A stretch of DNA of 64,000 nt, from the IMG/VR virus record IMGVR_UViG_3300042864_001264. The stretch is one strand, 5' to 3'. The DNA is from an uncultured virus (IMG/VR IMGVR_UViG_3300042864_001264) (taxonomy: Duplodnaviria; Heunggongvirae; Uroviricota; Caudoviricetes). Positions 8,962 to 14,776 of the stretch are shown in pieces (the stretch's first letter is position 1; every line of letters begins with the position of its first letter). Both the position numbers and the translations under genes were made by a program. A model generated the notes under the pieces. It saw only the letters and a program-made list of their open reading frames with translations. It had not been told where the DNA came from and did not search any database.

Positions 8962-9132
8962 TTAGTTATTCTCCTTATCTAGGCAGTTGATACATTGGCA
9001 ACCCTTAGAACGAATTAAGTAAGTAAGGATTTCTTTACGAGTGTAAGCATCTAATCCATAAGACGATTTAACACCGCCGTTATGGTAATCGTGAACGATT
9101 GTAGAGAATAGAGTTTCGGTTAGTGTAGTCAT
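8962..9132 (-). CDS. Small hypothetical protein (CxCxxC tail)
   Basis: ORF track 8962..9219; likely start MTTLTET at 9132 after GAAAGGTGG. Confidence 0.65.
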   Translation of the reverse strand: MTTLTETLFSTIVHDYHNGGVKSSYGLDAYTRKEILTYLIRSKGCQCINCLDKENN

Positions 9133-9474
9133 ATTGACCACCTTTCTTTTTGTTTGTATGTCGCTAGTATAGCAGGGGGGTCTGACATCTACTGACCAGT
9201 AATCGGTCAAATCGGACATTTTGAAATGTGTTTAATATCACATTGTAAATCTACGCTCAAAAATCCTGGGTGATTAAAATCACACCCGTAACGACACGCC
9301 CGACCCCGCTCTTTTGCGGGCCAGCTTGACTTTGTCAAGCCGACACGCCGTTAGGCTAGTGTGATTCTTGCCACATCTCTCGCATCTCTGCTCTGAAATC
9401 ATGCCACACGATCCTCGCCATGTATAGGGCGGGGATAGCGATAGATAGTTGCACTAGTGTTGTTAGTAGTCTAT

Positions 9475-9642
9475 TCATGCGGTCACCTTTATGTCCATTA
9501 CATTAGCGGTAAACTTTTTACCCTTGCCTAATTCGCTATCATTGAGCGATTGTATTAAGTGGTCGATTGCTTTAATCTCATGCGCTACATTGTCGATTGA
9601 GATTAGTTTAGAGCCTTGCCAAATTGAGTAAGTGATAGTCAT
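9475..9642 (-). CDS. Small hypothetical protein
   Basis: ORF track 9475..9657; likely start MTITYS. Confidence 0.65.
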   Translation of the reverse strand: MTITYSIWQGSKLISIDNVAHEIKAIDHLIQSLNDSELGKGKKFTANVMDIKVTA

Positions 9643-9644
9643 TA

Positions 9645-9833
9645 TTAGTTCTCCCATGTTAGTGCGAATAGTTTTGCTAGTGCCTCATCATCTGAGTCAT
9701 CAAAATCATCAAAGTCATCAGCAGGTGGTTGCTCATCTGACTCATCTAGGTATGTGTATGCGTCTGCGACATCTTGTTGGATAGTATCCCACTTAGACAC
9801 GCTATTAGTTTCGTATGAGTATGCGTATGACAT
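9645..9833 (-). CDS. Small highly acidic protein
   Basis: DESDEQPPADDFDDFDDSDDE tract; AGGAG SD. Confidence 0.7.
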   Translation of the reverse strand: MSYAYSYETNSVSKWDTIQQDVADAYTYLDESDEQPPADDFDDFDDSDDEALAKLFALTWEN

Positions 9834-10034
9834 TATTTATTCATCTCCTTAGCGATAGCCTCTGATTTGGTAAGTGCCTCTAGGGCGATTGCGAGGGAGG
9901 CAAGGCGTTGAGCCTCTACCATTTGCTTGTATTCATCTAGTGTCATTTATTCTGACCTTTCGTTGTTGTTATGTTGTAAGTGTAGCATAGGGGTCTGACA
10001 TTTTGGGGATGTCGTGGGGGTGTGTCGTGTGATA

Positions 10035-10250
10035 CTAGTCACACTCTCCGCAAGGGCATTGAGGAAACTCACGCTCTTGCTTGATACGATTAGCGAGAGC
10101 CATAACCTTGTTATAGGTATCGGCACTAGCACCACGGAAAGAAACTAGTTCGCCATTAGCGACCATTTCCGCACCTAGTCGGATACGCTGTTCGAGGTCA
10201 AGGTGACCAAACTTTGAGTGTTTAATTGTATTTTTATCTAGTGTAGTCAT
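10035..10250 (-). CDS. First gene of the leftward early region, hypothetical
   Basis: ORF track 10035..10301; likely start MTTLDKN at 10250 after GAAAGGTGG; promoter at 10292-10313. Confidence 0.65.
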   Translation of the reverse strand: MTTLDKNTIKHSKFGHLDLEQRIRLGAEMVANGELVSFRGASADTYNKVMALANRIKQEREFPQCPCGECD

Positions 10251-10526
10251 TTTAGACCACCTTTCTTTAATTTGTTTTTCTTTATACCTTAAGCATAACA
10301 CGGGGGTCTGACAAATTGCAACTCTAAAATGTGTATAATTCGGACATTGTGAGGTAAGTCACAAAAAAATCGTGTGAGATAGGTCACAAAACACCCCAAA
10401 ACATGGGCGCACTATCCGAAATGTCCGATTTGCCCAGATTGTGTATCATACATGTAAAATTTCTATTAACATTTTATAGATCTTGATATTGCAGTCGACT
10501 AAAAAATATGATGGTATAATTTATAC

Positions 10527-11159
10527 ATGAATGAAAAATTTAGAGACACCAATTTATCAACTCCACAAAACATAACTAAGCTGGTTTTAGAAGCTAAGTT
10601 AGAAAATTTGCCTTTTGCAATATTAAAGGGGGGAGTTCAAAATCCTCCTACTGAAGAAGTTTTTAATGAATTTAAAAAGCAGCTTGGCACTCAGCAATCA
10701 AGAGTCGGTATCTCAGAAGAAAACTTAGGCTACTTTGAAGAATGGAACAGTATTCAAAGAGCACTAATTAAGATCTACGGAAATCCTACTAAAGCCTACA
10801 ATAGCTTAATGCAAACAAATCATTACTCAGTTGGCAAAGTACATGCAAGCCTACATTGTGATCAATCTGATGTAGTCCATTTAGCTTGCTATGGAAGCGT
10901 AGAATGGCTACTAATTGATCCAGAAGATAAGCAGGAGTACAGAATCGTACTGGAAGCTGGAGATGTTCTATACATGAGAGGATTTGTCTTACATGAGACT
11001 ACTCCTTTATCAGATAGAGGTTCTTTAATATTTATGAATTTATCGTATGACGATTTTCCAGATTATATTACTGGAAGCTTAAAAACTGAAGAAGAGCGGG
11101 AAGCTTTTAATAAGAAACAAAGAGCAGATTTCCTTGAAGGTTTAAATAAAAACCACTAA
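10527..11159 (+). CDS. JmjC/cupin-like dioxygenase
   Basis: HxD (LHCDQSDV), G..EW, LEAGDVLYM..FVLHET cupin motifs. Confidence 0.75.
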   Translation: MNEKFRDTNLSTPQNITKLVLEAKLENLPFAILKGGVQNPPTEEVFNEFKKQLGTQQSRVGISEENLGYFEEWNSIQRALIKIYGNPTKAYNSLMQTNHYSVGKVHASLHCDQSDVVHLACYGSVEWLLIDPEDKQEYRIVLEAGDVLYMRGFVLHETTPLSDRGSLIFMNLSYDDFPDYITGSLKTEEEREAFNKKQRADFLEGLNKNH

Positions 11160-11199
11160 ACCTATTGACTCATGAATTTTCCTAATGTTATACTTAGGA

Positions 11200-11340
11200 A
11201 GGTTTCGGGGGGTTACACTAAGGAACTCAATACACCAAGTAGTACTTGGGATTTGATTTCAGACTCTCTCCTATCTTTCCAAAAAGTTAAAATTTGGGGG
11301 GTAGGGGGGGTTTGCTAAAAAATCTAATTCCCAAGTAATC
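11200..11340 (+). ncRNA. Candidate structured non-coding RNA or leader
   Basis: TTGACT-N18-TATACT promoter at 11165-11194, no ORF, and a ~95-nt G-U-rich hairpin at 11243-11337. Confidence 0.45.
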
Positions 11341-11471
11341 AATATAAAGAATATAATATATATAGGCAATAGGCAATAGCTGAAAAAAATTTTATTAACA
11401 TTTATGAGATCTTGATATTTCAGTCAACTAGAATATATAGTATAATTGATAAAGAGATGGGGATTAAATAA

Positions 11472-12308
11472 ATGACAAACGAATTTAAGAACTTTTATTT
11501 TTTACATATAAGAAAAACTGGCGGAAGATACTTTAAAGAATACATTTTAAAGCAGCTCGAAGACAAAGTAGAAAAACTTCCAATTAAAGATAGACATGAA
11601 GGCTGGAAGAAAGAAATAGACGATAACACATATGTCTTTTCAATACTAAGAGATCCAGTAGAGTACATATGCAGTGTTTATGCACATATGATATCTACTA
11701 GAGCTGGATTGCTTCATCCATCAAATGAAAACGGCAAGCATACAGATTCTATAAAAGATAATATAGTAAATATTGAACTAGACAAGAAGTATATGTTTGA
11801 GTGGATAAGATATAACAAATGGACTCATAATCTACAAAGCAAAGAAATACTACATACTTCAGAAGAATATAACAATATCCTAAATATAATAATTAAAAAA
11901 TATTCTAAAGATAATAATGTCGACAAAGAGTTATTATATGAAAGATTAAATAGAATCAATCTTCTTGTAAGACAAGTATCTCTTAAAAATCCAGAAAGCA
12001 TAGTCAAAAAACTATGTGATGACTTAAACATAGAATTGGCGGGGGAAATCCAGAAAGATACTTTAACTTACCACAATATGGCATCAACTAATCTATATAA
12101 CAGTCTAACTGAAGAAGATAAGATCGAGATAAGACAGATGTTTGATATAGACAATGAAATCTATAACAATCATAGTATTTTTAGTCAACTAGATAATGTA
12201 TGCTCATTCTGTGGAGAGTACTCATATACTACTAAATTCGACTCATCCTGGAAGAAGTATTCATATTGCTCAAATTGCATAGAATCGGGAAAAGCTCTCC
12301 TTGGCTAA
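11472..12308 (+). CDS. Sulfotransferase family protein
   Basis: FLHIRKTGG (5'-PSB) and ILRDPVE..CS (3'-PB) motifs; C-terminal CxxC...CxxC. Confidence 0.8.
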   Translation: MTNEFKNFYFLHIRKTGGRYFKEYILKQLEDKVEKLPIKDRHEGWKKEIDDNTYVFSILRDPVEYICSVYAHMISTRAGLLHPSNENGKHTDSIKDNIVNIELDKKYMFEWIRYNKWTHNLQSKEILHTSEEYNNILNIIIKKYSKDNNVDKELLYERLNRINLLVRQVSLKNPESIVKKLCDDLNIELAGEIQKDTLTYHNMASTNLYNSLTEEDKIEIRQMFDIDNEIYNNHSIFSQLDNVCSFCGEYSYTTKFDSSWKKYSYCSNCIESGKALLG

Positions 12309-12564
12309 TATAAGACACGAACTTCATCTTCTTGGCCCAGAAGCCCAGGAGATACTTAAAAAGTATTTACAGGGCAAGCTAGGCCTTTGTCTGAATGCTT
12401 CTGCAAATGGTGGCATATGTGATTTATTGTGGAAGCATGATGACTGTAGTATAATTATGAATATGTTATATGATCTTACATCCGACGAGATGTATAGGGT
12501 CAAAGGAAATATGGGGTGCTCTCTATTTTCCGCCGCACTTTTTTCGCACTTAAATGAGGAGTAA
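12301..12564 (+). CDS. Hypothetical protein
   Basis: ORF track; overlaps the upstream stop (TTG start). Confidence 0.55.
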   Translation: MANIRHELHLLGPEAQEILKKYLQGKLGLCLNASANGGICDLLWKHDDCSIIMNMLYDLTSDEMYRVKGNMGCSLFSAALFSHLNEE

Positions 12565-12567
12565 ATT

Positions 12568-13167
12568 ATGTTCTATGATGATCCAAATATAGTTAAGGTA
12601 AAAGAAGAAGGAGTGTGGATAGGCAAGGGCTTTGTTTCTCCAGAAGACTGCAAGGAGATAATGCACCACGTAGATTCCTTTGAGGAAAAAGACTGGCTAG
12701 ATGGATGGGCTAGGCATCAAGGAACATTATTTTATAAAAACGAAGCTTCCTCTGAAAAGCCTATTGCGGAATGGTGGAGCGACAAGGTTAGCCCTCCAGT
12801 TCTTATTCCTTCAGTAACAAATATTAATGCAAAGCTCAAATCTCTTTTTTCACCAGATTATGTTTTTCTTCCAGAGTATAAAGTTGTCAGACTTAAGCCT
12901 GGACATAACATGAAGTCTCATAGAGATAATAGAGATGGGGATCATAATCTTGATGTGGAGACTAAACAAGAATTTACAATTCAATGTGCCTACACAATTT
13001 ATTTAAGTGACTTTAAGGGTGGTGAAATAAACTACCCAGAGCTAGAGTATACCCATATACCAGAACCAGGAGACATAGTTATACATTCTGGACGAGTTCT
13101 TCATGAGGTTTTTGATGTAATTGAAGGAAACAGATATACTATAACTGGATGGCTATTAGGTAAATAG
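12568..13167 (+). CDS. 2OG-Fe(II) oxygenase (prolyl-4-hydroxylase-like)
   Basis: HRD...IYLSDFKGGE...HEV..V..GNRY. Confidence 0.85.
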   Translation: MFYDDPNIVKVKEEGVWIGKGFVSPEDCKEIMHHVDSFEEKDWLDGWARHQGTLFYKNEASSEKPIAEWWSDKVSPPVLIPSVTNINAKLKSLFSPDYVFLPEYKVVRLKPGHNMKSHRDNRDGDHNLDVETKQEFTIQCAYTIYLSDFKGGEINYPELEYTHIPEPGDIVIHSGRVLHEVFDVIEGNRYTITGWLLGK

Positions 13168-13245
13168 GCCCCATACAAAGGCGGATTCGTATGGAGCCTA
13201 TTCTGCACCTTCGTGCACGTAAGGAACTAAAAGCTCAACTTACGT
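13161..13245 (-). ncRNA. Candidate small RNA with three stem-loops
   Basis: TTGACT-N17-TATAAT promoter at 13279-13251, three consecutive hairpins, the last terminator-like. Confidence 0.55.
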
Positions 13246-13445
13246 ATATTATTATAAGATAGTATTGTGTTTAAGTCAACGGTTTCTGAAAAGTATTTTT
13301 TTCTTTATTATATAAATAGCGTTGTAAAATTTTAATTGAATTTTTTGCTCAAGCTTTCCAGCATAAGTCTCATTCTTGTAATGATCAGTTTGAAAGTAAG
13401 GACTTTGCATCATTTTGGAAAAATGTCTTGGGCTCATAAATATAA

Positions 13446-13640
13446 TTATACATCATCATTTCCTCTAAATGCAGGAGCTGGCCCAAGCAGGAATCCATCT
13501 TCGTGATACTTGACCATTTTTGCGACATCTTCAGGACCAGCAGTTGCTTTAGCCATTAATGTCATCATGTCATATATTCTATGAAGCATTATGTAGTTTA
13601 CCATTGGAAGATTGTCTTCTAGATTACTGCTCTCGTTCAC
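13446..13640 (-). CDS. Hypothetical protein
   Basis: ORF track; in an operon with neighbouring minus-strand genes. Confidence 0.65.
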   Translation of the reverse strand: MNESSNLEDNLPMVNYIMLHRIYDMMTLMAKATAGPEDVAKMVKYHEDGFLLGPAPAFRGNDDV

Positions 13641-13815
13641 TAATCATCCTTTCCAAATCTTGGGATAAATCAAGTAAAGTTTTTTCTGTTTCAATAGCTG
13701 AATCAATGTATTGCTTAAACTCTTTAATGGCTTTTAGAGCCATAGGAAGAGCTGGCATGTGCATGCATGGAATTCCCATTCCAACAGCTCTAAGTAAATC
13801 TTTATCGTATGGCAT
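13624..13815 (-). CDS. Hypothetical protein
   Basis: ORF track; overlapping operon arrangement. Confidence 0.65.
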   Translation of the reverse strand: MPYDKDLLRAVGMGIPCMHMPALPMALKAIKEFKQYIDSAIETEKTLLDLSQDLERMISEREQ

Positions 13816-14014
13816 TGTCTACTAACCCCTTTATGTTATCGTAAAACTGCAATCCTATATATTTTTTATAATTGCATGACAAGCAATATAGAAATATTTG
13901 ATCATCTTGATCTGTGTTACATAGAAGAGAGCCCTGATCCGTTGGACAATATATCCTTGGAACAAGGCCCTCTTCTGATAAGGAGATGTACTTAGACACA
14001 TACTGTATCTTCAT
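13802..14014 (-). CDS. Small Zn-ribbon protein
   Basis: CPTD...YCLSCNY; GAGGAGG SD. Confidence 0.7.
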   Translation of the reverse strand: MKIQYVSKYISLSEEGLVPRIYCPTDQGSLLCNTDQDDQIFLYCLSCNYKKYIGLQFYDNIKGLVDNAIR

Positions 14015-14024
14015 ACTTCCTCCT

Positions 14025-14579
14025 CTAGTTGTTTGGAAATTTTAAGTAAAATTCCTTTGCTCTTGGGGTCATACCCTTCCAAGCTGACCAATCACTACCG
14101 CCATCGGTCATATAGTACGTTATCTCTGCGTTTGTTACTGGGTCGAATAACTCCTTGTTACTCTGCAGATTAAATTTCTCAAGTCTTTCAGGACCAAGAT
14201 TTCCAATCATATTTATTTGAAATAATCCGTAAGAATTATCTCCTGTATTCCTATTCCCGTTATATGCAAGCGGTCTTCCATTAGATTCACGCTTTGCTAT
14301 TGACCAGGCTTTCTTAAGGCCTAGTCCTTCGAATCCTACAGTCTTAAGTAGTTTAACTAGCTCTTCGTCTGTAAGCATCTCAGATGGCTTGTAAATCTCT
14401 TTACTAAAACTATCTAAGACTTCTTGCTTTAATTGGGCTTCAGTTTTCACTAAAGGTTTTACTGCAGTTACAGCAATTGCTGGTTGAGTTCCAGAAAACA
14501 AAAACAGTGTTACCACTGCTATTATTGTCCAGTCACGAACCAAATCGCTAAACTGCGTTTTTATATTCTCCATTGGCAT
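14025..14579 (-). CDS. Lytic transglycosylase (SLT/lysozyme-like) with an N-terminal signal/TM segment
   Basis: IAKRESNG (catalytic Glu), YGLFQIN, LFDPVTNA and WSAW motifs; hydrophobic N-terminus; GGAGG SD. Confidence 0.85.
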   Translation of the reverse strand: MPMENIKTQFSDLVRDWTIIAVVTLFLFSGTQPAIAVTAVKPLVKTEAQLKQEVLDSFSKEIYKPSEMLTDEELVKLLKTVGFEGLGLKKAWSIAKRESNGRPLAYNGNRNTGDNSYGLFQINMIGNLGPERLEKFNLQSNKELFDPVTNAEITYYMTDGGSDWSAWKGMTPRAKEFYLKFPNN

Positions 14580-14776
14580 TTCCTCCTATAGAGATAACGA
14601 ACTCTAAGAATAGCATTGCATTGATATATATGTCAAGTCAGTTGACTGAAATTGCATCTCACATATTGATATATATAAAAATATTTTTAACCCCTAGACC
14701 GCTAAATAAAAGTTTGATACACTAGGACTTCATTCAAAAAATAGCACCGCAAGGCGGAGAAAAGGTCGTATAATAA

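Larger units (their letters stand above)
1588..9322. repeat. Six-copy dispersed ~60-bp element AAATTCCAGGG..CGTAAC..CCC..TTGCGGGC
   Basis: Copies begin near 1588, 3838, 5134, 6957, 8481 and 9261, with near-fixed block spacing. Confidence 0.85.
8509..9351. repeat. Exact 63-bp direct repeat (8509-8571 and 9289-9351)
   Basis: TAACGACACGCCCGACCCCGCTCTTTTGCGGGCCAGCTTGACTTTGTCAAGCCGACACGCCGT is identical at both sites, 780 bp apart. Confidence 0.95.
178..10313 (-). promoter_or_regulatory. 15 copies of a TGTCAG-N10-TAnnnT promoter
   Basis: Copies at 178-199, 730-751, 1503-1524, 3196-3217, 3363-3384, 3808-3829, 5058-5079, 6031-6052, 6289-6310, 6886-6907, 7702-7723, 8356-8377, 9166-9187, 9979-10000 and 10292-10313. 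All are on the minus strand with an invariant 10-nt spacer, upstream of gene starts. Confidence 0.85.
1543..10388. promoter_or_regulatory. 13 CRP/GlxR-like palindromes TGTGA-N6-TCACA
   Basis: Perfect copies start at 5118, 6349, 6941, 8426, 10028, 10348 and 10373. One-mismatch copies start at 1543, 1570, 3857, 9227, 9269 and 9360. Confidence 0.75.

Noticed and set aside
1588..9351. CRISPR array or integron attC array interpretation of the dispersed repeats
   Set aside because: The repeats are 0.8-2.3 kb apart and degenerate, with no cas or integrase gene in the window and no consistent attC-type hairpin.
14580..14776. Cobalamin riboswitch or NrdR box before nrdJ
   Set aside because: The spacer is short and AT-rich, with only a small CCGC-AAG-GCGG hairpin; no B12-box or convincing NrdR palindrome was seen.
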